Notes: generated by a model not told the origin, from the letters alone. Counted from the stretch's first letter, positions 9,202 to 18,687 are shown. The stretch is DNA of 64,000 nt from an uncultured Methylomirabilota bacterium (GCA_963845565.1 CAWJSJ010000001.1:800001-864000), one strand, 5' to 3'. Made by a program: numbers and translations.

Positions 9202-10653
9202 CTACCCCTCCGGCACCGCCATGGGGAGCGTGAACCAAAAACGGCTTCCCTGTCCGGGCACACTCTCGAGTCCGACCGTGCCGCCGTGGAGGACAACCAG
9301 TCGCCTGGTGAGCGACAGCCCCAGACCGGTCCCTTGCTGCTCTCCGCCCGTTGCCTGCTCGAAGTCCCGAAAGAGCCGCTGCTGATCCTCCAATGCGATT
9401 CCGATACCCGTGTCCCGAACCGAGACCTCCACGAACTGCCCGCCTGCTTCCCCGTATGTCGGCGCGCCGGTTTCCGGCGATTTGGGTGCCGACCTCGTCG
9501 GTGCGGCTGAGACCGTCACCGAGCCCCCTTCGGGCGTGAACTTTATCGCATTGCTGAGGAGATTCAGCAGGACCTGATGGACCCGCGCCGGGTCGGCCTG
9601 GACACACGCGAGTTCTTCGGGAACACTGTGTGCCAGCTGCACATGTTTGCTATCGGCCTGGGGTTGCATGACCGCCAGCGCCTGCTCGATGGTCGGAAGG
9701 AGTGCCATCGGGTGCGTTTGCAGACTGAGCTTGCCGGCCTCCACCTTCGCCAGGTCCAGGATATCGGTGATCAATCGCAGCAGGCGTGTCCCGCTATCGT
9801 GCACGTGACGGACGTAGCGTTCCTGCCGGTCGTTGAGCGGCCCGGACATCTGCGTCCGCAACATGTCCGAGAACCCCAGGATCGAATTGAGCGGGGTCCG
9901 CAGCTCGTGGGAAAAGTGTGCGAAGAACCGGAGCTTCTGCTGCGAGGCGGCCTGCAGTTCGGCGTTCAGATGCTCGAGTGCAGCCGTCCGCTCCCGCACC
10001 CGTGCCTCCAGCGTATCCGAATGCTGCTTGATCCGTCGATACAAGGCGGCGTTCTCGATGGCGATGGTCGCCTGATTGGCCAGGAGCGGAAGCAATCGCG
10101 TGGCATCCTCCGAGACGTCGCCCACCTCCCGCGCGTGCAGCGCGAGGATGCCCATGCAGGCGTTCTCCGGCCCAAGCGGCGCCGTGAGCAACGCGCGCCC
10201 CTCCGACGGGAACCAGCCCGGCGTCTCGTCGGATATAAACGGCACGACCAGGACCTTCCCGGTGGCGAACGTCTCGCCGAGCGGGCCCGACCCCGCGGGA
10301 ATACGGCAGGCGCCCGAATCCCGACGCCGCAGGATCTCGACGGGGCCGTCCGCCGTGCAGCGGGCTCGCAGCACCAGCTCCCCACTGTCATCCGCCAGAT
10401 AGAGGCTGCACGCCAAGGTGCTGAGTTCCTCTTGGACGATGGCGAGCAGACGCCGGAACACCTCGTCCAGCTCCGTGCAATCTCGCAGAACCTCCAGCAC
10501 CCGTCGGAGGACGGACAACTCCTGGATCTTCTGCTCGTACCGTTGCGTCATCTCTCCCAGCCCGGTCGCGTACAGGTCCCGCTCGCGCTGGAGTTGGCCG
10601 AGCACGGCGAGCGACGGCTGGGAGATCCCTTCGACGTGGAGCTGTGTTGTCAA
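9202..10653 (-). CDS. Cytoplasmic GAF-domain sensor histidine kinase
   Basis: GAF ending QATIAIENAALY; H-box SHELRTPLNSI; N-box NLLSNAIKFT; DTGIGI; GTGLGL. Confidence 0.93.
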   Translation of the reverse strand: MTTQLHVEGISQPSLAVLGQLQRERDLYATGLGEMTQRYEQKIQELSVLRRVLEVLRDCTELDEVFRRLLAIVQEELSTLACSLYLADDSGELVLRARCTADGPVEILRRRDSGACRIPAGSGPLGETFATGKVLVVPFISDETPGWFPSEGRALLTAPLGPENACMGILALHAREVGDVSEDATRLLPLLANQATIAIENAALYRRIKQHSDTLEARVRERTAALEHLNAELQAASQQKLRFFAHFSHELRTPLNSILGFSDMLRTQMSGPLNDRQERYVRHVHDSGTRLLRLITDILDLAKVEAGKLSLQTHPMALLPTIEQALAVMQPQADSKHVQLAHSVPEELACVQADPARVHQVLLNLLSNAIKFTPEGGSVTVSAAPTRSAPKSPETGAPTYGEAGGQFVEVSVRDTGIGIALEDQQRLFRDFEQATGGEQQGTGLGLSLTRRLVVLHGGTVGLESVPGQGSRFWFTLPMAVPEG

Positions 10654-11549
10654 TGCATCACCTGCAGAAAGGCCTCGACAGCCTCTCGCTCTTGGGTCAG
10701 CTCCTCAGTCCACCCCAGGAGGTTGGCCGGCCCGATTTTCAGCCGGTGCAGGACCTCGGCATCCGGCAGGGGGATCAAGTCGTCCCCACCCGACCCGATG
10801 GCTGCGTTTCGGGTCAGAATGTCCGCCAGGTGCACCACCGACGCGAGGCCTCGATAATCCGCGCTGGCTGCCGCAGGCCGATGATGGAATGCCACGGGCT
10901 CCACGATGGCGGCCGGAAACCGCCATCGTTCGGCGAGCCATTGACCCACCGCCGCGTGGTTGACGCTGAAGAGGGCCGTCTCCGCCTCGCGGATGAGACA
11001 CGGGGATTCCGCCGCCCGTCTCGCCGCTTCCGCGTACCGCCGGTAGAAGAACCGATCGAGCACGACTTTCCCGACGTCGTGAAGGAGGCCCCCCACGAAC
11101 GCCGCCTCGGGGTCGGCGATCCGGAGATGCTTCGCGATCCGACGGGCGGCGGCCGCCGTGGCACCCACGTGCAGCCAGAAACGTTCGCGATCGAAGCTGC
11201 TCACGACGTCCCCGTCGTTCAAGGTCTCGAAGACCGTTGCGGCGAGCACGATGCTCTTCACCGTATCGAAACCCAACAGGACGACCGCATGGTTGATGGT
11301 CACGATCTCGCGCCGAAAACCGTAAAACGCCGAGTTCGCCAGACGCAGGATTCGGGATGCCAAGGCCTGGTCGCTTCCAATCACCTTGGCCAAGTCTCCC
11401 GCCGAGGCGCGCTGATCCTCCACCAGCCGCAGCACCTGCGGAACGACAATGGGCAGCGTCGGGAGGTCCACGATGCGCTGCACCAACCGCCGGGTCTCTT
11501 CGGCGGGGAGCGGCGTCATGGTATGCGGATCTCGCTCTGTCGCGATCAT
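10650..11549 (-). CDS. HDOD domain protein
   Basis: LPTLP, DQALASRILRLANSAFYG, AVVLLG, GGLLHDVGK, HAAVGQWLAERWRFP. Confidence 0.92.
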   Translation of the reverse strand: MIATERDPHTMTPLPAEETRRLVQRIVDLPTLPIVVPQVLRLVEDQRASAGDLAKVIGSDQALASRILRLANSAFYGFRREIVTINHAVVLLGFDTVKSIVLAATVFETLNDGDVVSSFDRERFWLHVGATAAAARRIAKHLRIADPEAAFVGGLLHDVGKVVLDRFFYRRYAEAARRAAESPCLIREAETALFSVNHAAVGQWLAERWRFPAAIVEPVAFHHRPAAASADYRGLASVVHLADILTRNAAIGSGGDDLIPLPDAEVLHRLKIGPANLLGWTEELTQEREAVEAFLQVMH

Positions 11550-11885
11550 CTACCGCGTCGCCTCCCGTCCACGCGTCAGTTGCTCCAGCAGCCGAATGAT
11601 CTCGTTCTGTTGCCGCAGCAGTTCCACTTGTGCCTGCGCGCTGGCCCGCGTCGCCGCCGCGATCTGGCGCAACCATTCCGCATCCTTCGCGCTGCCGTAT
11701 CGCACCGCATCCGCCGCCCCCGCCGTGAGATCGGAGATCTCCTGTTGCAGCAGAAGAATCCTGCCGTCGGGCACGATGTCCCGGCGGGGTGCCGATCGCT
11801 CCGGGCCGGCGGCCAGCGCCGCCCCGAGCACCACGATCAATCCGCACACGCTTATGCTGCACCACGCCCACCGCGGTCCGCTCAA
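11550..11885 (-). CDS. Hypothetical exported coiled-coil protein, 111 aa
   Basis: Hydrophobic N-terminus; QVELLRQQNEIIRLLEQL; abuts or overlaps both neighbours. Confidence 0.55.
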   Translation of the reverse strand: MSGPRWAWCSISVCGLIVVLGAALAAGPERSAPRRDIVPDGRILLLQQEISDLTAGAADAVRYGSAKDAEWLRQIAAATRASAQAQVELLRQQNEIIRLLEQLTRGREATR

Positions 11886-12478
11886 CGCGCCACCTCCGTC
11901 GCGTGCGCTTCGTGTGTGTTGCGCGCACCGGCTGTTGTGCGTTCCGCCGGCGCCGTCCCCCGTTGCCGCTCCGGCCGGCCCCCGCCGGCGTGACGCCGAC
12001 TCCCCCCGGTCGTCTCCTGTTTCGCGCCCATACCTACCCGTCCCACCCGACGGACGGTCTTGCTCGACGCGGCCCCACGTGTCAGGTTCCTGAGGACCTG
12101 CAGTTCTCCTTCGAGGAGCGTCGACTCTCCGGCGAGGCTCTCCACGGCAACGCCTTGCTCGAGCATCTTGACGGCGCCTTGGAATCGGTCCGCGGGTACC
12201 GGACTCGCAGGCGGCGCGGGAGGCCGCTGCGGCAGGATTCCGGGGTCCCGGACCTTGGGCCCGCCGGAATCGGAGATCGGCGTGCGACCGACAACCGGGT
12301 CCCCCTGCCGCGTGACCTCCCGCCCGACAGCGCAGAGTTCCGCTGCCAGCGACTCCAACCGCTCTTCGCGTCGACGCGCCTCCACGGCGTATGCCTTGCG
12401 CTCTTGCACGAGGCGGATCAGGCTGGTGAGGATCGCCACGTTCATGGCGAGCTGGATCAGGATGAAGGTTAGGAGCAT
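11882..12478 (-). CDS. Membrane-anchored protein, TM-coiled coil-HTH-like (DUF2802/DUF6115-like)
   Basis: ATG 12478; N-terminal TM; RFQGAVKMLEQGVAVESLAGESTLLEGELQVL resembles the motif of proteins found after fliA in flagellar operons. Confidence 0.6.
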   Translation of the reverse strand: MLLTFILIQLAMNVAILTSLIRLVQERKAYAVEARRREERLESLAAELCAVGREVTRQGDPVVGRTPISDSGGPKVRDPGILPQRPPAPPASPVPADRFQGAVKMLEQGVAVESLAGESTLLEGELQVLRNLTRGAASSKTVRRVGRVGMGAKQETTGGSRRHAGGGRPERQRGTAPAERTTAGARNTHEAHATEVAR

Positions 12479-12894
12479 GGCGCCACCGTTCCTCCCCGCG
12501 CGTGCAGGCGAAAGAGCGAATGGACCACCGGCACAGTCACTTGCGTGAGTGTTGCGGTCTCCTCGATGCTTTTCCCCTGCAACATACACCGAAGGATCGC
12601 CAGCCGTTGTCGGAGGGGGAGACCCACGTTGCCCTCCCCGTCTCCCGTGCTGTCCCCGTCGGCTCGCACCGGCGGCGGAGACGGCACCGACGACGCGACC
12701 ATCGTCCCGGAACCGGCAGTGTGCGGCAGGCGCGCCGCGGCCACCGGGCGGAGCGCCGCCAGGATCGTGGCGAAGGTGCGCGTGTCGTCAGCGCCGTACG
12801 CTGGACGCCACACGCGCACCGCGACCGCCAGCGCCGCCACCAGGCATGCCACGTTCACCATCACGAGTATCGTCAGCACGGCGCCTCCCCTCAC
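12469..12894 (-). CDS. Hypothetical TM protein with C-terminal HTH-like segment
   Basis: N-terminal TM; LPLRQRLAILRCMLQGKSIEETATLTQVTVPVV (sigma region 4-like). Confidence 0.55.
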   Translation of the reverse strand: MRGGAVLTILVMVNVACLVAALAVAVRVWRPAYGADDTRTFATILAALRPVAAARLPHTAGSGTMVASSVPSPPPVRADGDSTGDGEGNVGLPLRQRLAILRCMLQGKSIEETATLTQVTVPVVHSLFRLHARGGTVAPCS

Positions 12895-13088
12895 ACCCGC
12901 ACATCGAGCGTGTCACATCGTTTTCCGTCTTGGGTGGACGCGTCAACATCTTCTCGACCATGTCCCTCAGGACCGGAAGGCGGCGACTCGTCGGAGCCTG
13001 CAAGACGCCGTCCTCGTCTGGATGACCACTGGTCCAGGGTGCGTCGCGGTGGCTCGCCGGCGGCCGGCACCCGATCGATGTCCCGCAT
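12891..13088 (-). CDS. Small hypothetical protein, 65 aa, ending LDVRV
   Basis: GAGG RBS; GTGA overlap with the next gene; tail resembles the FliK tail (VDIRI). Confidence 0.5.
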   Translation of the reverse strand: MRDIDRVPAAGEPPRRTLDQWSSRRGRRLAGSDESPPSGPEGHGREDVDASTQDGKRCDTLDVRV

Positions 13089-13097
13089 GGCTGCGCC

Positions 13098-13733
13098 TCA
13101 GTTCGGGGTGAAATATTCCACCACCGGCCAGCTCGCCGCCGGCGTATCTTGCAGCCGCGGCCACCCGTCGGAAAGAAGCCGCACCAGTTCACTCGCCGCC
13201 CGCCGCGTCGCCGCGTCGTACCCTCGTCCGGGAGCGTCTGAGATCTCGGGATCATACCGCCCCTGCCACAGCGTGCGACCGTCCGCGAGTTGCACCAGCC
13301 GGCCCTCCACACCGACGCGCGTGATCCGCGTCTCGCGCCCCCAGTGCTGCTCGTAGCGAAAGACATCCACCACCAACAGCTGGCCCACGCCGTGCCGACT
13401 CGCCAGCCGGTCCACACACTCTGGAGAGACCCGCTGGCCGATGGCGACTTGCCGTGCGGCTTCGGCCAGGATCACCCCGAGTTCCGGCACCGCCTGCACC
13501 AAGAGGTCCCGATCCAGCACGTTGAACCAGCGCGCACCGAGCTCCATGGTGACCAGTCGCCCAACCTGACGACTCGGCGTCGCCAGCTCCGCTTCGCGGG
13601 GCAGATCCACCACCAGCACCCAGCTCTGTCCCCGCTCCGCTCGATAGCTGGGATCGGCCACCACAAACGGCGCGGGAGCGCAACCACAGACCAGGAGGCA
13701 CGCCGCCAGATGGAGACCGCTACGGAAGAGCAT
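13098..13733 (-). CDS. Putative lipoprotein (DUF799/CsgG/FlgO-like fold)
   Basis: Lipobox-like LLVCGC; RVGVEGRLVQLADGRTLWQG; overlaps the fliA 3' end. Confidence 0.65.
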   Translation of the reverse strand: MLFRSGLHLAACLLVCGCAPAPFVVADPSYRAERGQSWVLVVDLPREAELATPSRQVGRLVTMELGARWFNVLDRDLLVQAVPELGVILAEAARQVAIGQRVSPECVDRLASRHGVGQLLVVDVFRYEQHWGRETRITRVGVEGRLVQLADGRTLWQGRYDPEISDAPGRGYDAATRRAASELVRLLSDGWPRLQDTPAASWPVVEYFTPN

Positions 13734-14592
13734 GCGCCAGCACTCCTTGTCCCTGCAAACCCTCCTCTGGAACCGTCAAGGCCGCCGCCGTCAGCCGTTG
13801 ACGTTGGAGTTGGCCACGCATGTGGAGGAGCGCCGCGCTGTGAATCTGCGAGACGCGAGACTCCGAGACCTCGAGCACGGCCGCAATCTCTTTCATCGTC
13901 AGCTCCTCGTAGTAGTACAGGCTGAGCACCGTCCGCTCGCTGTGAGGAAGCTGGTCGATGATGGTCCCAAGGATGGCACGCCGCTCGCTGAGCGCCAGCG
14001 CCCGCCAGGGATCCGGGGTGCGGCGCTCCGCGAGTGCCGGCGGGTCTCCGCTTTCCTCCTCCTCGTCGCCGCCACCCGGTCGCCCCGCATCCAATGAGAG
14101 CTGCAACCCGCCCCGCAGTTCGTACAGCACGCGAAAATACACGTCCAGGTCCATCCCCAGGTATTCGGCCACCTCGTGGTCGTGTGGGGCACGGAGGAGG
14201 CGTTGCTCCAACACCACGGTGGCGCGGTCGATCCGCCGTGCCTTCTCGCGGAGAGAGCGGGGCAAGGTGTCCAGGCTCCGGAGTTCGTCGAGGATGGCAC
14301 CGCGGATCCGGACCTGGGCGTAGACGGCGAACTCCACCTCCATGTCCGGGTCGTAGGCCTCAATAGCGGCCAGCAGACCTGGAATACCCGCCGACTCCAG
14401 ATCATCCAATTCCACGTGCGGAGGCAGCCTGAGGGCGAGCCGGCCCGCCACCTTGCGCACGAGCCCGATCGTCTCCTGGATGAGGGTGTCGCGTATGTCG
14501 GGATCCCGGTTCACCCGGAAGCGGCGCCAGAGCGGGCGCAAATCCTCTCGTATGCCCCCTCCCGGTTTTGTGCGAGGCGTCCCTCGGGCCAT
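13720..14592 (-). CDS. fliA: Flagellar sigma factor sigma28 (FliA/WhiG)
   Basis: LPPHVELDDL, RIRGAILDELRSLD, LSLYYYEELTMKEIAAVLEVSESRVSQIH. Confidence 0.97.
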   Translation of the reverse strand: MARGTPRTKPGGGIREDLRPLWRRFRVNRDPDIRDTLIQETIGLVRKVAGRLALRLPPHVELDDLESAGIPGLLAAIEAYDPDMEVEFAVYAQVRIRGAILDELRSLDTLPRSLREKARRIDRATVVLEQRLLRAPHDHEVAEYLGMDLDVYFRVLYELRGGLQLSLDAGRPGGGDEEEESGDPPALAERRTPDPWRALALSERRAILGTIIDQLPHSERTVLSLYYYEELTMKEIAAVLEVSESRVSQIHSAALLHMRGQLQRQRLTAAALTVPEEGLQGQGVLAHALP

Positions 14593-14593
14593 C

Positions 14594-15451
14594 TCACGCC
14601 ACCTCCGGCGACTCGATCAGCCGCTGCCAGAACTCTCGACCATCACCGGAAGACGCCTTCCGTGCCAGACGCGCCGCCATTCCCCGGATGGCTTCGGTAG
14701 CCCGGGCGTAGGGAAAGTAGAGCGCCAGTGGCCGCTGTTCCCGTACCGCCCGCTCGACGCAGGCGTCGCGAGGGATCCATCCGCCTAACGGGATCTCGCG
14801 ATGGAGGAACCGCCGGATGATCCGATCCAAATGCTCGTGCACCTCGCGTGCCTGACCCGCGTGCTCCGCCAAATTGACGACCAACTGCAGCGGCAGGCCC
14901 GGTCGCCGGTGGGTGAGGATCTTCACCATGGCGTACGCGTCAGTGATGGCCGTAGGTTCCGGCGTCGTAACGACCAGGACCTCGTCCGCCGCCAGCGTGA
15001 GCGCCAAGACGGTTTTGGACACCCCGGCACCCGTATCGAGAATTGTGACCCCCGTCCCGAGGGACAGGTTCTGCAGCCGGTTGACCAAGAATTGCCTCGC
15101 CACACGGCTCAAATTGGCCAGCGCCTCGACTCCCGACGCCGCCGGGATAATCTCCAGTCCGGCCGGTCCCTCGAGAATCACCTCTTCCAGCGGCATCCCG
15201 CCGGCGACCACGTCCCGAAGGGAATGTCGGGGGTGCAGGTTCAGGAGAACGTCTACGTTGGCGAGTCCAAGGTCGCCGTCCACCAGCCGCGTGCGTTCGC
15301 CCGCCTGCGCCAACGCCAGGGCCAGATTCACGGCCAGTGAGGTCTTCCCCACGCCGCCCTTGCCCGAGGTGATCGCCAGGCTCCATGATCGCTGTGCTGG
15401 CGCGGCCTGCCGCAGCCGAGCGGCCTGATCGCGCGGGACGGTCTCAAGCAT
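14594..15451 (-). CDS. flhG: MinD-like flagellar number regulator FlhG/FleN
   Basis: ATG 15451; DQAARLR; SGKGGVGKT; DGDLGLAN; TTPEPTAITDAYA. Confidence 0.95.
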   Translation of the reverse strand: MLETVPRDQAARLRQAAPAQRSWSLAITSGKGGVGKTSLAVNLALALAQAGERTRLVDGDLGLANVDVLLNLHPRHSLRDVVAGGMPLEEVILEGPAGLEIIPAASGVEALANLSRVARQFLVNRLQNLSLGTGVTILDTGAGVSKTVLALTLAADEVLVVTTPEPTAITDAYAMVKILTHRRPGLPLQLVVNLAEHAGQAREVHEHLDRIIRRFLHREIPLGGWIPRDACVERAVREQRPLALYFPYARATEAIRGMAARLARKASSGDGREFWQRLIESPEVA

Positions 15452-15455
15452 CGGG

Positions 15456-16637
15456 TCACGCCCTCGGCGAGCGCTGCGGCCGCCGCTCGCGAATACTGGG
15501 GAGGAGCAATGTCGCCAGGCGACGGGATGTCGCAATCTCCAGGTCGTCCGGAACTTCCTGGCCGGTGGTGAGGTAAGAGATGGACAGATCGCGCTGCAGC
15601 GCCAGACCGAGGAGCGGCCCGGGTGAGCGCACCTCGTCCAACTTGCTGATCGCCACATGCTGATACGCGAGCGGCCGGAACCGCTGCAGGACCTCCTCCG
15701 CGTCGCTGCCCTTGGTGGTCGCGCTGACGACCAAGTGGACCTCCGCGTTCGGGAGCCGCTGCAGGAAGGGTTGCAGGTCGGCGATCCCTTCCCGGTGCTG
15801 CGGGCTCCGACCCATGCTGTCCAGTAAGACCAGGTCCGCATCCTGTTCCGCCCGCAGCGCGCGGTCGAGCTCTCCCGGCGTCCGGACCACGTGGAGCGGC
15901 GCCTGCAAGAGCTCCGCGTAGATCCGCATCTGGGCGATCGCGCCGATCCGGTAGGTATCCAGACTCATCAGGGCAACCTTGAGACCACCCGCCCGGCGGC
16001 ATTGCCCGGCGAGTTTGGCGAGCGTCGTCGTCTTGCCGACCCCCGTGGGACCCACCAGCGCCACGACCCGCCGCCCCCGCCCGACGTCCGCCGCTTGCTG
16101 CACCCGAAAGGCGCGGTTCAGCGCGGTCTGCAGCACCGTCCGGATTTCGCCGTCGCGACCCCCGGGGACGTCCGCGGACAGATCCAGCAGCAGTCGCCGG
16201 GCGAGCGCCGCAGGCAGTTCCCGCCGGCACAGTTCGGAATACACAGGGCGGAGGGCCGCCGGCATGCGAGGCGTGGGGCTCGTGCCCGCTCGAAGCTCCA
16301 GGAGCATCCGGTACATCTCGTCGATCCGATCGCCGTCGCTCGCGTGTCCGCCCGGCAATGCCACCGGTTGCACCCCAGATTTCACGGACACGCCAGCCGC
16401 TCGTGCGTCGGCGGGCCGCTCGTCATCGCTCCAACCGCCCCGTCTCGCCGTCCGACTGGAGGACCTCGCCTCATCGTCGATCGCCGCCGTCACCTCGACC
16501 CAACCGCCCGATAGGTTGCTCTGCCGTTCGCGCTGGGTTTCCCGGGCGTGCAGGATCACCGCCTCGGGCCCCAAGTCCGCGCGTACCTTCGCCAGCGCCT
16601 CGGTTACCGTCGCCGCTTCAAACCGTCGCAGCCGCAT
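15456..16637 (-). CDS. flhF: SRP-family GTPase FlhF
   Basis: EALAKVRADLGPEAVIL; GPTGVGKTTT; DTYRIGA; KLDE; GQEVPDD. Confidence 0.96.
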   Translation of the reverse strand: MRLRRFEAATVTEALAKVRADLGPEAVILHARETQRERQSNLSGGWVEVTAAIDDEARSSSRTARRGGWSDDERPADARAAGVSVKSGVQPVALPGGHASDGDRIDEMYRMLLELRAGTSPTPRMPAALRPVYSELCRRELPAALARRLLLDLSADVPGGRDGEIRTVLQTALNRAFRVQQAADVGRGRRVVALVGPTGVGKTTTLAKLAGQCRRAGGLKVALMSLDTYRIGAIAQMRIYAELLQAPLHVVRTPGELDRALRAEQDADLVLLDSMGRSPQHREGIADLQPFLQRLPNAEVHLVVSATTKGSDAEEVLQRFRPLAYQHVAISKLDEVRSPGPLLGLALQRDLSISYLTTGQEVPDDLEIATSRRLATLLLPSIRERRPQRSPRA

Positions 16638-18687
16638 CTGCCGCCTCCACCATGGCCAACGCCTTGAGGGTCACTTCCGGTCCGATCTCGTTGTAGGACA
16701 GCATGGCAAGGTGCGGCAGGTATCGCTCGGTCAACCGTCGGAGGTGCGGCCGGATGACCGGTCCGCACAGGACCACCGGCGTGCCGTCGGGTGGCTCCTT
16801 TCCGATGGTCTTCGCGATGGCCTCGATGACCCGTTGCGCCGTCCGCGGCTCCAATGCCAGATAGCGACCCTGATCGCCCTCCGCCAGCGCATCCGCCAGT
16901 CGCTGTTCCAGCGCCGGGCTCAACGTGAACACCTTGAGAACCCCGTCCCCGGCGGTCAATTCGCGGCAGATCGTTCGACCGAGTCCTTGTCGGACATACT
17001 CGGTGAGCACGACCGGATCCTTCGTGGCCGGCGCCGCGTCCGCCAGCGCCTCCAGGATCAGCGCCAGATCGCGGATGGATACGCCTTCCGCCAACAGATT
17101 CTGAAGCACCTTCTGCACAGTCCCCAAGGGCAGAAGGTTGGGCACGAGCGTCTCGACCACGCTGGGATGGCTGGGCTTGATGACGTCGAGCAGACCCTGC
17201 ACCTCCTGCCGCCCGAGCAGATCGCGGGCATGTCGTCGGATCGTCTCCGTCAGGTGTGTGGTGATCACCGACGACGGATCGACCACGGTGTATCCCAGCA
17301 CCTGCGCGCGCTCCCGTTCGTCCGCCGAGATCCATTGGGCCGGAAGACCGAAGGTCGGCTCGGTGGTCGCGACCCCGGCGATCGGTTCGGTGGCGGTGCC
17401 GGGATTCATCGCCAGGAAATGCCCGACCAGAATCTCGCCCTGCGCCACCACGAGGCCGCGAACTTTGATCGCGTACGCCACAGGCTTCAATTGCAGGTTG
17501 TCCCGAATGCGCACGGGCGGAACCACGAAGCCGAGATCGGTAGCAAACTGACGCCGGACCAGCCGGACGCGATCCAGGAGATCGCCGCCCTGCCCCGGAT
17601 CCACCAGCGGGATCAGGCTGTACCCGACCTCCAACTCGAGCGGATCGAGGGCCAAGAGCTTCTCGACCTTCTCCGGTCCGGTCGCCCCGGCCGGCGCGCT
17701 GGTCGCCGGCAGCTCCGCGCCGCGCTTCGGCTCTTTGAGTCCGCTGTACGCCACGGTTCCGGTGACGGCGGCCATCAACAGGAAGGGCGCTTTGGGAAGA
17801 CCCGGGATCAGCCCGAGAATCAGCAACGTGGCGGCCGTGATCAGGAGCGCGCGGTGATGCCCAGCGAACTGCTGTGTCACCGCAACCGCCAACTCGCTCT
17901 CCGACGCCGCCCGGGTGACCACGATGCCCGCCGCCGTGGACACGATGAGCGCCGGGATCTGGGTCACCAGCCCGTCCCCGATGGTGAGGAGCGTGTAGGT
18001 CGTCAATGCCTCGAAGAGTTCCATGCGCATTTGGGCGACGCCGATGACCAGTCCCCCCACGATGTTGATGGCGGTGATGATGATGCTCGCCACCGCGTCG
18101 CCGCGTACGAACTTGCTTGCGCCGTCCATGGCCCCGTAGAAATCCGCCTCACGCGCGATCTCGCGCCGCCGCCCACGCGCCTCCGCATCGGTAACCAGTC
18201 CCGCGTTGAGGTCGGCGTCGATGGCCAGTTGCTTCCCCGGCATGGCGTCCAGGGTGAACCGAGCCGCCACTTCGGCGATCCGGCCCGCGCCCTTGGTAAT
18301 GACCACGAACTGAATCACCACCAGGATCAGGAAGACCACCGCTCCCACTACATAGTTGCCCCCGACCACGAACCGGCCGAACGCGTGGATCACCTCGCCT
18401 GCGGCCTGCGTCCCGTCGCTGCCGTGGAGCAGGATCAACCGCGTCGAGGCCACGTTGAGCGACAACCGAAACAACGTGAGAATCAGCAGGAGTGACGGAA
18501 AGAGGGAAAAGTCCAGCGGACGCAGGATGTACATCCCGATCAAGAGCGTCATCAGCGACAGGGCCAGATTACTCGTCAGGAGCAGATCCAACAGGAGCGG
18601 AGGCAGCGGGACCAGCATGACGCCGAGGATACCCAACACCGAGAGCGCCAGGGCCACGTCCGTGCGGGCAGCCAGCGAGCGCTTCAT
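16618..18687 (-). CDS. flhA: Flagellar export protein FlhA
   Basis: ATG 18687; FPSLLL, RIAEVAARFTLDAMPGKQ, FYGAMDGASKFV. Confidence 0.98.
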   Translation of the reverse strand: MKRSLAARTDVALALSVLGILGVMLVPLPPLLLDLLLTSNLALSLMTLLIGMYILRPLDFSLFPSLLLILTLFRLSLNVASTRLILLHGSDGTQAAGEVIHAFGRFVVGGNYVVGAVVFLILVVIQFVVITKGAGRIAEVAARFTLDAMPGKQLAIDADLNAGLVTDAEARGRRREIAREADFYGAMDGASKFVRGDAVASIIITAINIVGGLVIGVAQMRMELFEALTTYTLLTIGDGLVTQIPALIVSTAAGIVVTRAASESELAVAVTQQFAGHHRALLITAATLLILGLIPGLPKAPFLLMAAVTGTVAYSGLKEPKRGAELPATSAPAGATGPEKVEKLLALDPLELEVGYSLIPLVDPGQGGDLLDRVRLVRRQFATDLGFVVPPVRIRDNLQLKPVAYAIKVRGLVVAQGEILVGHFLAMNPGTATEPIAGVATTEPTFGLPAQWISADERERAQVLGYTVVDPSSVITTHLTETIRRHARDLLGRQEVQGLLDVIKPSHPSVVETLVPNLLPLGTVQKVLQNLLAEGVSIRDLALILEALADAAPATKDPVVLTEYVRQGLGRTICRELTAGDGVLKVFTLSPALEQRLADALAEGDQGRYLALEPRTAQRVIEAIAKTIGKEPPDGTPVVLCGPVIRPHLRRLTERYLPHLAMLSYNEIGPEVTLKALAMVEAADAAATV

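Noticed and set aside
15979..18495. 838-aa plus ORF and similar long plus-strand ORFs (22223-24226, 40303-42033, 49764-51191)
   Set aside because: Antisense to clearly identified genes; Arg/Ala/Pro-rich with no recognisable domains
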